Source of the DNA: a virus
Taxonomy: Duplodnaviria; Heunggongvirae; Uroviricota; Caudoviricetes
Virus record (IMG/VR): IMGVR_UViG_3300032315_001309
Coordinates: 1 to 12,304 of that record
DNA length: 12,304 nucleotides
Strand: one strand, 5' to 3'
Positions 1-6,954 of the stretch are shown here, piece by piece. The notes under the pieces are model-generated. The model saw nothing but the letters and a program-made list of their open reading frames with translations. It had not been told where the DNA came from and searched no databases. Positions within the stretch are counted from its first letter, which is position 1, and each line of letters starts with the position of its first letter. Both the position numbers and the translations under genes were made by a program.

Positions 1-497
1 CAGGTATAGCGACATTTGCAACTACTGCTGGATTTGCTTCTTCTTCCGCTGGTATAGCGACATTTGCAACTACCGCTGGATATGCCGCAACTGCAGGTAT
101 AGCCACCTTTGCAACTACTGCTGGATTTGTAGTAAACGCTGGATATGCCACCTCTGCAGGTATAGCCACCTTTGCAACTACTGCTGGATATGCGAGAACT
201 GCAGGTATATCTACTTTTGCAACTACCGCTGGTATAGCGACCTTTGCAACCTCTTCTGGATATGCAACCTCGGCAGGTATAGCTACCTTTGCAACTACTG
301 TTGGATTTGCTGCTACTGCTGGCTATGCAAGAACTGCAGGTATTATTGTTAGATCTAATGATACTTTAGTATCACCGGATCCAGTAGCAACAATCAATTT
401 TCTTGGCATTGGCAATACCTTTTCAGTTGAGGGTGATGTTGTCAATGTTTACCACACTGCTGGATTTGCTGCAGGTCTTGCTATTGCTTTTTCATAA
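1..497 (+). CDS. 3' end of an Ala-x-x (AGI/ATF/ATT/AGY) repeat virion or tail-fibre-like protein (5'-truncated; missing from the ORF track)
   Basis: Frame +3 is open from base 3 to TAA at 495-497: GIATFATTAGFASSSAGIATFATTAGYAAT...AGYARTAGIIVRSNDTLVSPDPVATINFLGIGNTFSVEGDVVNVYHTAGFAAGLAIAFS*. Such repeats are typical of cyanomyovirus fibre/structural proteins. Confidence 0.85.
   Translation, partial: GIATFATTAGFASSSAGIATFATTAGYAATAGIATFATTAGFVVNAGYATSAGIATFATTAGYARTAGISTFATTAGIATFATSSGYATSAGIATFATTVGFAATAGYARTAGIIVRSNDTLVSPDPVATINFLGIGNTFSVEGDVVNVYHTAGFAAGLAIAFS
3..345 (+). repeat. Coding tandem repeat, 9/18-nt period (GCWGGTATAGCNACNTTTGCAACTACY)
   Basis: Repeated ggtatagcNacNtttgcaac blocks encoding A-G-[IFY] / A-T-[FTS] tripeptides. 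Confidence 0.9.
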
Positions 498-500
498 ATA
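494..500 (+). promoter_or_regulatory. Putative T4-type late promoter (ATAAATA)
   Basis: cATAAATA overlapping the stop codon, 46 nt upstream of the ATG at 547. Confidence 0.5.
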
Positions 501-546
501 GTATGAAATTCAAACCACCTAATCCCACTGCTCATATAAAATAATC

Positions 547-1209
547 ATGAAACGTCAAGCTACCAGTTACACCTTTAATGCTTTGGCTAAAACCATCACT
601 TTTTCGGGGTTTATTCCGGCGAGCTTGGAAAGCATTCTTTTTGTTGATAACCGCACTACTGGAACTCTGATGTTGGCTCCGGCTGGTGGTGCGTTGTTGA
701 CTGGAACTTATGTTAGCCCAGTCTTAACTTTGGCTGTTCCTACTGGGGGTATGTTAAATACTGATGATCTACTTATTTTTGTAGATGATGGTTCAGCGAC
801 GGTGGCGATATCGGCCACATCTTTACCAATATCTGTTGGAGCCGCTACTAGCTCATTGCAGGGTATTGGTAATAGTACCTTAAATAGTATTAACGTCAAG
901 ATCCCAGCACCGGTAAATGGATTGGTGCCTGTTGATGTATTAAGTATTCCTGGTCAACCTAGATCTGTTGTGGCTGTGAGTACTTCAACTAACCTAGCAC
1001 TGACCACAACTTGTCGGCGTATTAGTATTACGGCTCGGGACGCCAACATTAGATTTAGTGTTGGAGTTGGTGCGCAGTCAGCCTCTGCTACATCCCATTA
1101 TATTTGGCAGGGGGAGAGGTTGGACTTTTCTGTGCCCGCCACTGCGAATATTGCTGCAATTCGCGCAGGAACATTAGATGGTACATTAGAAATTAGTGAA
1201 TATCTATGA
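547..1209 (+). CDS. Putative virion structural / tail-associated protein, 220 aa
   Basis: ORF track. N-terminal YTFNALAKTITF...ILFVDNRTTG resembles motifs I recall from phage structural proteins; beta-rich C-terminal domain; TGA overlaps the next ATG (ATGA). Confidence 0.6.
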   Translation: MKRQATSYTFNALAKTITFSGFIPASLESILFVDNRTTGTLMLAPAGGALLTGTYVSPVLTLAVPTGGMLNTDDLLIFVDDGSATVAISATSLPISVGAATSSLQGIGNSTLNSINVKIPAPVNGLVPVDVLSIPGQPRSVVAVSTSTNLALTTTCRRISITARDANIRFSVGVGAQSASATSHYIWQGERLDFSVPATANIAAIRAGTLDGTLEISEYL

Positions 1210-2171
1210 GAATAAGTTCTACACGACGAACTATATCTAGAAATAGTGGGCGATTAAAATTACCCGGAGAGGCTTGGCGTCGATGGGAAACTATAGATAA
1301 TCAATGGAGATCTGTTTGCTTTTCTGAATCTCTTGGGATATTTTGTGCAGTATCAGGTAATGGTACAGGTAATCGTGTCATGACATCACCGGATGGAGTG
1401 ACCTGGACTACAAGAACATCGGCAGCCGATAATAGCTGGAATTGTGTTTGCTTTTCTGAATCTCTTGGGTTGTTCTGTGCAGTAGCCAACAACGGTGTAA
1501 CCAATGCAGTCATGACATCACCGGATGGTGTGACATGGACTTCAAGAACAGCCCCAAATGCCAACAACTGGAGTTCTGTATGTTTTGCTGAATCTCTTGG
1601 GTTGTTTTGTGCAGTATCACAGAGTGGTACAGGTAATCGTGTCATGACATCACCGGATGGAGTGACATGGACCCAAAGAACCTCGGCATTTGATACCGTC
1701 TGGTATTCTGTCTGCTTTTCTGAATCTCTTGGGTTGTTTTGTGCAATAGCATCCAGCCGTACAATGATATCATCGGATGGCGTGAACTGGACTGCAAACA
1801 CAATTCCAACTAGTCTTTGGGGTTCCGTCATCTATGCTGAACCTCTTGGGTTGTTCTATGGGGTAACCGCTAATGGTAATGCTACTAATTCGGTCATAAC
1901 ATCACCAGATGGCGTGACATGGACTACAAGAGCAACTATAGATAACAACTGGGCTTCTGTATGTTTTTCTAAATCTTTCGGGTTGTTATGTGCTGTAGCC
2001 CGATTCGGCACAGGTAATCGCGTCATGACATCACCAGATGGCGTGACATGGACTGCAGGTACATCGGCAGCCGATAACACCTGGACTACTGTATGTTTTT
2101 CTGAATCTCTTGGGGTGTTCTGTGCTGTAGCCAACAACACCGTATTCGATTCAGCTATGACATCACCTTAA
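1206..2171 (+). CDS. Seven-bladed Asp-box (BNR-like) beta-propeller, putative receptor-binding/tail protein, 321 aa
   Basis: Seven ~44-aa repeats W-x-SVCFSESLGLFCAV...VMTSPDGVTWT; six contain a complete S-x-D-G-x-x-W Asp-box and the last is truncated at AMTSP*. Confidence 0.8.
   Translation: MRISSTRRTISRNSGRLKLPGEAWRRWETIDNQWRSVCFSESLGIFCAVSGNGTGNRVMTSPDGVTWTTRTSAADNSWNCVCFSESLGLFCAVANNGVTNAVMTSPDGVTWTSRTAPNANNWSSVCFAESLGLFCAVSQSGTGNRVMTSPDGVTWTQRTSAFDTVWYSVCFSESLGLFCAIASSRTMISSDGVNWTANTIPTSLWGSVIYAEPLGLFYGVTANGNATNSVITSPDGVTWTTRATIDNNWASVCFSKSFGLLCAVARFGTGNRVMTSPDGVTWTAGTSAADNTWTTVCFSESLGVFCAVANNTVFDSAMTSP
1305..2168 (+). repeat. Intragenic ~132-nt tandem repeats (propeller blades)
   Basis: For example, a 42-nt identical block TGGTACAGGTAATCGTGTCATGACATCACCGGATGGAGTGAC at 1361-1402 and 1625-1666 (distance 264 = 2x132). 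Confidence 0.9.
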
Positions 2172-2190
2172 ACCAAATTACTTTAAACTA

Positions 2191-2640
2191 ATGAATATCA
2201 CTATTGGATCTACAGTCATTCGCGCTAATGAAGCGCCGCCTAATCTCGCCACCGTTCTTGATATTAAGGGTGACACGGCTTACATTGAATATGAGGAGGG
2301 TGGAACTGGATATTGGCCAGTCGATACTCTGGAAATATATAATGCTCTACCACCTCCTCGCTGGGTTGAGTTTGTTCTGTCATTGGCCACAGATGTGGCC
2401 GTAACTCAGTTTATCGTTGGTGTTTCTCAGGTAGCACCGATGTTGGATCGTATGTTGACAGTGGGTCTAGGGCAGGCATCTCAAGGTGATTCACAAACAT
2501 TCCTGGCTGCATGGGGAACGGCTTTAGCGTCAGAGATGGTACCACCACAATTGATTACATATCTACAAACCATTGCAGCTACATATGACCTACCCCCAGA
2601 ATTTATTGCAGCGTTGTCACCACCACCGATAGAGGAGTGA
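2191..2640 (+). CDS. Hypothetical protein, 149 aa (possible tail-fibre accessory/chaperone)
   Basis: ORF track. Small beta (SH3-like) N-terminus, PPP linker, helical C-terminus; directly follows the propeller gene. Confidence 0.7.
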   Translation: MNITIGSTVIRANEAPPNLATVLDIKGDTAYIEYEEGGTGYWPVDTLEIYNALPPPRWVEFVLSLATDVAVTQFIVGVSQVAPMLDRMLTVGLGQASQGDSQTFLAAWGTALASEMVPPQLITYLQTIAATYDLPPEFIAALSPPPIEE

Positions 2641-2672
2641 GTTTTTGATTATTGGTATGTTGATTGAGTCTG

Positions 2673-2680
2673 TATAAATA
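2673..2680 (+). promoter_or_regulatory. T4-type late promoter TATAAATA
   Basis: Exact gp55 consensus in the intergenic region upstream of 2729. Confidence 0.7.
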
Positions 2681-2728
2681 TGGGTTACGATGATAACCTA
2701 AATAAATTAAATAATTGAGATACTCTTT

Positions 2729-2968
2729 ATGATTAAAATAACATGTAGGATGTGTGGAAAAGAAGTGCACACACAAGGAATTTGTGGTTGTCCTAATATG
2801 GCGTCAATTCACAATGATAAAATTACTGCTTTCGATTTATCACAAATCGTTATGACTGAATCTACTCGTAATAATAATTCTAATAGGCATCTAACTAACA
2901 TGGATCTAATGTGGCAAGAAGAAAGAAGGCGTCGAAAAATAAAGAAATTAGATTTTGATGAGAGATGA
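2729..2968 (+). CDS. Small Cys-rich (CxxC...CxC) cyanophage hypothetical protein, 79 aa
   Basis: CRMC...CGCPN motif; C-terminal RRRKIKKLDFDER; ATGA overlap with the next gene. Confidence 0.75.
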   Translation: MIKITCRMCGKEVHTQGICGCPNMASIHNDKITAFDLSQIVMTESTRNNNSNRHLTNMDLMWQEERRRRKIKKLDFDER

Positions 2969-3339
2969 ACTATAAACAATTTTTAAGAGAATCTACGGAA
3001 AAACAAATTAAATCTTTTACTGAATTTGTAAAGGATTACCTTGAATTGGATTCACTGCCAAAAATTGTTGTAATTAATGATCCAAAGTTTTCTATTGAAA
3101 ATAAAACATTTGGTTGTTTTGATTTGATGAATGATGTAATTAAAATTCAAATTTCAAACAGACACCCCTTAGATGTTTTTAGAACTCTCGCGCATGAGTT
3201 AGTACACTTTCAACAGAAAAAAAGTGGTAAAGAAATGTCAGGGGAAACTGGTTCTGATTGTGAAAATGAAGCAAATTCAGTGGCAGGTGAAATATTAAGA
3301 CATTATACTAAAACTGTTTCTAATCACGGATATAAATAA
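2965..3339 (+). CDS. Putative zinc metallopeptidase-like protein (HExxH), 124 aa
   Basis: FRTLAHELVHFQQ followed by ENEAN (candidate third Zn ligand Glu). Confidence 0.7.
   Translation: MNYKQFLRESTEKQIKSFTEFVKDYLELDSLPKIVVINDPKFSIENKTFGCFDLMNDVIKIQISNRHPLDVFRTLAHELVHFQQKKSGKEMSGETGSDCENEANSVAGEILRHYTKTVSNHGYK
3331..3338 (+). promoter_or_regulatory. T4-type late promoter TATAAATA
   Basis: Exact consensus ending 6 nt before the ATG at 3345, implying an almost leaderless mRNA. Confidence 0.65.
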
Positions 3340-3344
3340 AAATT

Positions 3345-3812
3345 ATGAAATTTAACTTTAACTTTGGAAGTAAAGAAAAAACTATTTTTGATTGGGTCAA
3401 AATTTCTTTGATCCTTGAAAGTATTCTTGAGTTTGTTTCAAGGACACTTAAGATCCCTAAGGATAAATTGTGGCCATTTATAGATGAAATTCAGCGAGAA
3501 TTGTTGAGAAGGGGTTGGATAGATGATACCGTAAATGAGTACATTATAGAAACACCTGAACTGTTAGAGCAAAGAGTGAAGCGAGATGTGGATAATGCTA
3601 TTGCTGATTATGTGAAACAAGAGCCCGAAGAAATCAATATGAAAAATGAAACTATCTTGGCCGAGATAGAAAAGGACAAGTATACAGAAGAACAGAAGAA
3701 AACGGTAAAAGAAGCTATATTTTATGAAAAACCACCTGATGGGAGTGCTGCCCAGGCCATACTAGGTGGGGAAATGGGCATAAAGGGGAAATGGGTTGAC
3801 AAAACCCGATAA
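3345..3812 (+). CDS. Hypothetical protein, 155 aa
   Basis: ORF track; phage-like codon usage; preceded by a late promoter. Confidence 0.75.
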   Translation: MKFNFNFGSKEKTIFDWVKISLILESILEFVSRTLKIPKDKLWPFIDEIQRELLRRGWIDDTVNEYIIETPELLEQRVKRDVDNAIADYVKQEPEEINMKNETILAEIEKDKYTEEQKKTVKEAIFYEKPPDGSAAQAILGGEMGIKGKWVDKTR

Positions 3813-3824
3813 ACCTGCTATATA
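3796..3824 (+). promoter_or_regulatory. Sigma70-type early promoter
   Basis: TTGACA (3796-3801), 17-nt spacer, TG-n-TATATA (3819-3824); tRNA-Pro starts 10 nt downstream. Confidence 0.8.
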
Positions 3825-3833
3825 GTATATGAC

Positions 3834-3908
3834 CGGGTATTAGCTCAGTTTGGCCAGAGCGTTCCGTTTGGGTCGGAAAAGTCAAAGGTTCGAATCCTTT
3901 ATACCCGA
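3834..3908 (+). tRNA. trnP: tRNA-Pro(UGG)
   Basis: CGGGTAT/ATACCCG acceptor, GCTC/GAGC D stem, TTCCG-TTTGGGT-CGGAA anticodon arm, AAAGG-TTCGAAT-CCTTT T arm, C1-G72 and A73; no encoded CCA. Confidence 0.95.
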
Positions 3909-3924
3909 TTGGTTGATTGACCAA

Positions 3925-3938
3925 ACACACACACACAC
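3925..3938 (+). repeat. (AC)7 microsatellite preceded by a small hairpin
   Basis: TTGGTT-GATT-GACCAA (3909-3924) then ACACACACACACAC, 16 nt upstream of the ATG at 3955. Confidence 0.85.
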
Positions 3939-3954
3939 CACATAGAATAATAAT

Positions 3955-4125
3955 ATGACACCATATGAATTGAGATTTTATATATTTCAACACGCTCAGG
4001 CGTATTTAATAGAAGAATATCGTAATAAACTAGAAACAAGTGATTCGGTTTCATTTCCTAGTTATGAACAAATTAGTAATTTAGCCGAAAAATTAAATGT
4101 ATTTGTATCAGGTGATAAACAATGA
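3955..4125 (+). CDS. Small hypothetical protein, 56 aa (below the ORF-track cutoff)
   Basis: MTPYELRFYIFQHAQAYLIEEYRNKLETSDSVSFPSYEQISNLAEKLNVFVSGDKQ*; TGA overlaps the next ATG; resembles a cyanomyovirus MTPYELRF family as I recall it. Confidence 0.75.
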   Translation: MTPYELRFYIFQHAQAYLIEEYRNKLETSDSVSFPSYEQISNLAEKLNVFVSGDKQ

Positions 4126-4364
4126 AAGCGACTGAATTTTGTTATTGGTTACAAGGATTTTTTGAAATTGATGGGGTAAGTCCACGAACAGGTCCTTATT
4201 TTACTTGCGAACAAGTTGAAATTATTCAACGACACCTTGCTCTTGTTTTTAAGCATGATATTGATCCAAAAGTTGGATCACCTCAATATCAAGCGGAATT
4301 GCAACAAATACATGACGGTAAACCGACAAATACAGGACATGGATCTGTACTTTTTGGGTGTTAA
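4122..4364 (+). CDS. Phage hypothetical protein, 80 aa
   Basis: N-terminal FCYWLQGFFE motif, recurrent in large phages. Confidence 0.75.
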   Translation: MKATEFCYWLQGFFEIDGVSPRTGPYFTCEQVEIIQRHLALVFKHDIDPKVGSPQYQAELQQIHDGKPTNTGHGSVLFGC

Positions 4365-4366
4365 TT

Positions 4367-4612
4367 ATGAAAACAGACCAAGAATTATTTGAGCGTTTTC
4401 AGTCATTAACAAGAGACATTATGGCAACAGCATCAGTTGTTCAAAATGATCATGATCGACTTATTGCTGATGGTATGATTAAATATGAGGATGTTATAGA
4501 AATATGGCGTCAATTCCTACAGAGATTTTCTGATCATAGAGAAGAAATAGATTGTCTTTTTTCAGATGTAAATATAAGACTGGTCGAGGTTTTAAATAAA
4601 TTAAAATATTAA
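4367..4612 (+). CDS. Hypothetical helical protein, 81 aa
   Basis: The ORF track starts at GTG 4358; ATG 4367, just after the previous stop, is more plausible. Confidence 0.7.
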   Translation: MKTDQELFERFQSLTRDIMATASVVQNDHDRLIADGMIKYEDVIEIWRQFLQRFSDHREEIDCLFSDVNIRLVEVLNKLKY

Positions 4613-4623
4613 TTTCACACAAA

Positions 4624-4854
4624 ATGGCAAAGACTTCTTATAGCAGGCACCAAGCACAAAAGCTTAAGAATAAATGGGAGAGGTTGAGTAAACATTTAGA
4701 ATATATTCCCGAAAGTTCACTTTCTTTTGGTAAACTATTTAAACAGGATCCATGTGATTGTGGGAATCCAAAATGTGCCATTTGTAGCTACCCTAAGCGT
4801 TTTCGTAAAAACAAACTAAACAAAAACACCGAAGTTTTTGATGAGTTAGCCTGA
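4624..4854 (+). CDS. Small basic Cys-rich hypothetical protein, 76 aa
   Basis: DPCDCGNPKCAICSYPK motif (possible Zn site); Lys/Arg-rich. Confidence 0.7.
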   Translation: MAKTSYSRHQAQKLKNKWERLSKHLEYIPESSLSFGKLFKQDPCDCGNPKCAICSYPKRFRKNKLNKNTEVFDELA

Positions 4855-4958
4855 GACGGAGCATCAACTGGCACAAGCCATTCGACTTCCAAGCCAATCG
4901 GTGGTACATTACATGTGTTGGTGAGTCGTCCGGCACATAGCCGGAAAAGACGCCATAT

Positions 4959-5020
4959 AAGATCAGTCAGCAACAACAAATACATTAGTCTCTTAAACTA
5001 ACCCGTAAAAACTGATCTTG
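4959..5020 (+). ncRNA. CAGCAA stem-loop RNA, copy C1
   Basis: P1 AAGATCAGT (4959-4967)/ACTGATCTT (5011-5019) + G; CAGCAA at 4968; inner hairpin TTAGT-CTCTTAA-ACTAA (4985-5001); CGTAAAA before the 3' strand. Confidence 0.7.
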
Positions 5021-5024
5021 CCTT

Positions 5025-5075
5025 AAGTTGATACAGCATAAAAACTGTAGCAAAAAAACAAACCCAATCAACTTG
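5025..5075 (+). ncRNA. CAGCA stem-loop RNA, copy C2 (in the DUF2828 leader)
   Basis: P1 AAGTTGAT (5025-5032)/ATCAACTT (5067-5074) + G; ACAGCA motif; inner TGT-9nt-ACA as in copy B2. Confidence 0.65.
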
Positions 5076-5081
5076 TGAAAA

Positions 5082-6557
5082 ATGACTTTTATTACTGCAC
5101 TTGAATCTGAATTGAATACCACTGAAACTCTAAATGGAGCTAAGGCATATAAATCTACTCTCAACAAATGCCTGGATCTTTTTGGTAAGATCGGCGCATG
5201 TCGCAATAATATCAAACAGGCAGAAAAACTGTTTGATCTAGCATATCGAGAAGATCCTGAAACTGCAACTCGTATTCTTTTCTGGGTAAGGGATGTACGT
5301 GGAGGTAGCGGTGAGCGTAGTATCTTCCGCACTCTATTTAAAAATCTTGTCCAAAAGAATCAAGAGCTTGGCCAAAAGCTAGTAGCACTTGTTCCTGAGT
5401 ATGGTCGTTGGGACGATCTGCTCGTTCTGGAAAATACTTCTGTTTGGAATCAAGTTTTAGATCTGATTACACATCAACTGAATACCGATCAAATCATGAT
5501 GGCCAGTGGTGGTCAGGTTTCTCTACTTGCTAAATGGCTTCCAAGCATTAACGCATCCAGTAAAGATAGTAAGCGTCTTGGACGTGAAATCGCTCAGCAT
5601 ATGGTGCTGACTGAAAGGCAGTATCGGAAAACTCTGGCTCGTCTTCGCTCTCATATTAAAATTGTGGAGCAGCAAATGTGCTCTAAGGAATGGTCTGCCA
5701 TTGATTATTCCAAAGTACCTTCACGAGCTTCTTTCATGTATCGTAAGGCATTTGGAAAACAGGATCCTACCCGATATCAGAAATATCTAACTGATGTTGA
5801 GAATGGCAAGGCAAAAATCAATGCGAGCACCCTATATCCATATGATGTTGTAGATCAGTATCTCAATAAGGGAGCACGGGGAGATAAGACTATTGATCTT
5901 CAATGGGAAGCTCTACCAAACTATATGGGTGATAATCTCCTAAATGGTCTTGTTGTAGCCGACGTTTCTGGTTCCATGACTCAAAATAATGGACTACCGT
6001 TGGCCGTTTCTATCTCTCTTGCGATGTATATTGCAGAGCGAAATGCATCACCAGTTTGGAAAGACAAGTTCATTACTTTCTCTAGTCAACCTGAGTTGCA
6101 AACTGTTGTTGGTAAAACTATTGGAGAACGTATTCAAAATCTTTCCAGAGCAGATTGGGGATATAATACTAATCTCATCAGCGTATTCAAAACTATTCTG
6201 AAAGCAGCTAAGAGTAAAGATGTTGCTCCAGTGGATATGCCACAAAAAGTAATTATTGTTTCTGATATGCAATTTGATCAAGCTTGTGTTTCTAACAAAC
6301 GAACTAACTTTGAGCATATTGAAAAACTCTATCGTGCTTCTGGGTATGAGTTACCTCAACTGGTCTTTTGGAATGTCAATGCAATTGGCGCTAATGTTCC
6401 AATGACTGTTGCTGATTACAATACCTGTTTGGTTTCTGGTTGTTCCCCATCCATCTTAAAATCTGTTCTCAAAGGTGAAATTGTCACTGCTGTGGATATG
6501 ATGAGTGATGCTGTATATTCTGAAAGGTATATGCAGGTCGGAGCGGCATTCAACTAA
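5082..6557 (+). CDS. DUF2828-family protein with C-terminal vWA domain (Ro60/TROVE-like RNA-binding protein), 491 aa
   Basis: Family motifs RDVRGGSGER, YGRWDDL, LAKWLPS, YSKVPS, MIDAS-type DVSGSM, FITFS, WGYNTN, SDMQFD, VFWN, LVSG. TROVE-like helical toroid plus vWA architecture is inferred, not computed. Confidence 0.85.
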   Translation: MTFITALESELNTTETLNGAKAYKSTLNKCLDLFGKIGACRNNIKQAEKLFDLAYREDPETATRILFWVRDVRGGSGERSIFRTLFKNLVQKNQELGQKLVALVPEYGRWDDLLVLENTSVWNQVLDLITHQLNTDQIMMASGGQVSLLAKWLPSINASSKDSKRLGREIAQHMVLTERQYRKTLARLRSHIKIVEQQMCSKEWSAIDYSKVPSRASFMYRKAFGKQDPTRYQKYLTDVENGKAKINASTLYPYDVVDQYLNKGARGDKTIDLQWEALPNYMGDNLLNGLVVADVSGSMTQNNGLPLAVSISLAMYIAERNASPVWKDKFITFSSQPELQTVVGKTIGERIQNLSRADWGYNTNLISVFKTILKAAKSKDVAPVDMPQKVIIVSDMQFDQACVSNKRTNFEHIEKLYRASGYELPQLVFWNVNAIGANVPMTVADYNTCLVSGCSPSILKSVLKGEIVTAVDMMSDAVYSERYMQVGAAFN

Positions 6558-6588
6558 TTTAACTAAAATTATCAAAGAGGCTAAACTA

Positions 6589-6756
6589 GTGGAAATTTAT
6601 GTTCGATGGGTTGGTGGAAAGTATGCAGAGGTTCATGTTGATTTTACTGGGGGTCACATTGAAAGTGGACTTCTCAATTGCAACGAACAAGTTGCGTATG
6701 GTGCCATGTTTCGTGAATTAGCGAATGAATTGGACCCAGAAACGACTGATGATTGA
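6589..6756 (+). CDS. Hypothetical protein, ~55 aa
   Basis: The ORF-track start at 6505 overlaps the DUF2828 gene; in-frame GTG at 6589 has a GAGG SD 8 nt upstream: MEIYVRWVGGKYAEVHVDF...DPETTDD*. Confidence 0.55.
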   Translation: MEIYVRWVGGKYAEVHVDFTGGHIESGLLNCNEQVAYGAMFRELANELDPETTDD

Positions 6757-6759
6757 CCG

Positions 6760-6779
6760 TAATGGCCCAGTGGCCATTA
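6760..6779 (+). terminator. Hairpin, possible terminator or processing site
   Basis: TAATGGCC-CAGT-GGCCATTA perfect 8-bp stem right after the stop codon; only a short T tract (ATTTCG). Confidence 0.45.
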
Positions 6780-6795
6780 ATTTCGAAAAGGGGGG

Positions 6796-6824
6796 TTGAC
6801 AAGCTCGCCCCCCTCTGCTAAGAT
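6796..6824 (+). promoter_or_regulatory. Sigma70-type promoter for the RNA array
   Basis: TTGACA, 17-nt spacer, TG-n-TAAGAT (6819-6824); the first RNA repeat starts at 6832, about the expected TSS. Confidence 0.8.
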
Positions 6825-6831
6825 AAATTCA

Positions 6832-6880
6832 TAGATGATTCAGCCATTAAACTTTTTTGGTAAAAAACAACATCATCTAG
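6832..6880 (+). ncRNA. CAGCCA stem-loop RNA, copy A1
   Basis: TAGATGAT/ATCATCTA 8-bp P1 + G; TCAGCCA; inner TTTT-TTGGTAA-AAAA. Confidence 0.7.
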
Positions 6881-6891
6881 ATTTAAAACCT

Positions 6892-6947
6892 TAGGTGGTT
6901 CAGCAACTAAAAATATACTAAGTCAAACTACAGTAAAAACCACCTAG
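6892..6947 (+). ncRNA. CAGCAA stem-loop RNA, copy B1
   Basis: TAGGTGGTT/AACCACCTA P1 + G; CAGCAA; inner AGT-CAA-ACT; AGTAAAA before the 3' strand. Confidence 0.7.
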
Positions 6948-6954
6948 TTAATTT

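Noticed and set aside
1206-2171. Diversity-generating retroelement TR/VR pair
   Set aside because: The repeats are in-frame protein blades, differences are not adenine-specific, and no reverse transcriptase is present.
708-2404. ORF-track ORFs 708-899(-), 1301-1831(-), 1856-2140(-), 2204-2404(+)
   Set aside because: Shadow or alternate frames of longer + strand genes; their repeats merely mirror the propeller repeats.
4855-4957. Twister or hammerhead ribozyme, or tRNA
   Set aside because: CCGG-loop-CCGG-AAAA superficially recalls twister P4, but the pseudoknot partners and CUGANGA/GAAA cores are missing; no acceptor stem or T arm fits.
3715-5332. Minus-strand ORFs 3715-3993, 4788-4985, 4985-5332
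   Set aside because: Antisense to tRNA-Pro, the structured RNAs and the DUF2828 gene; no motifs or plausible starts.
5989-6317. ORFs 5989-6201(+) and 6048-6317(-)
   Set aside because: Entirely inside the DUF2828 gene in other frames.
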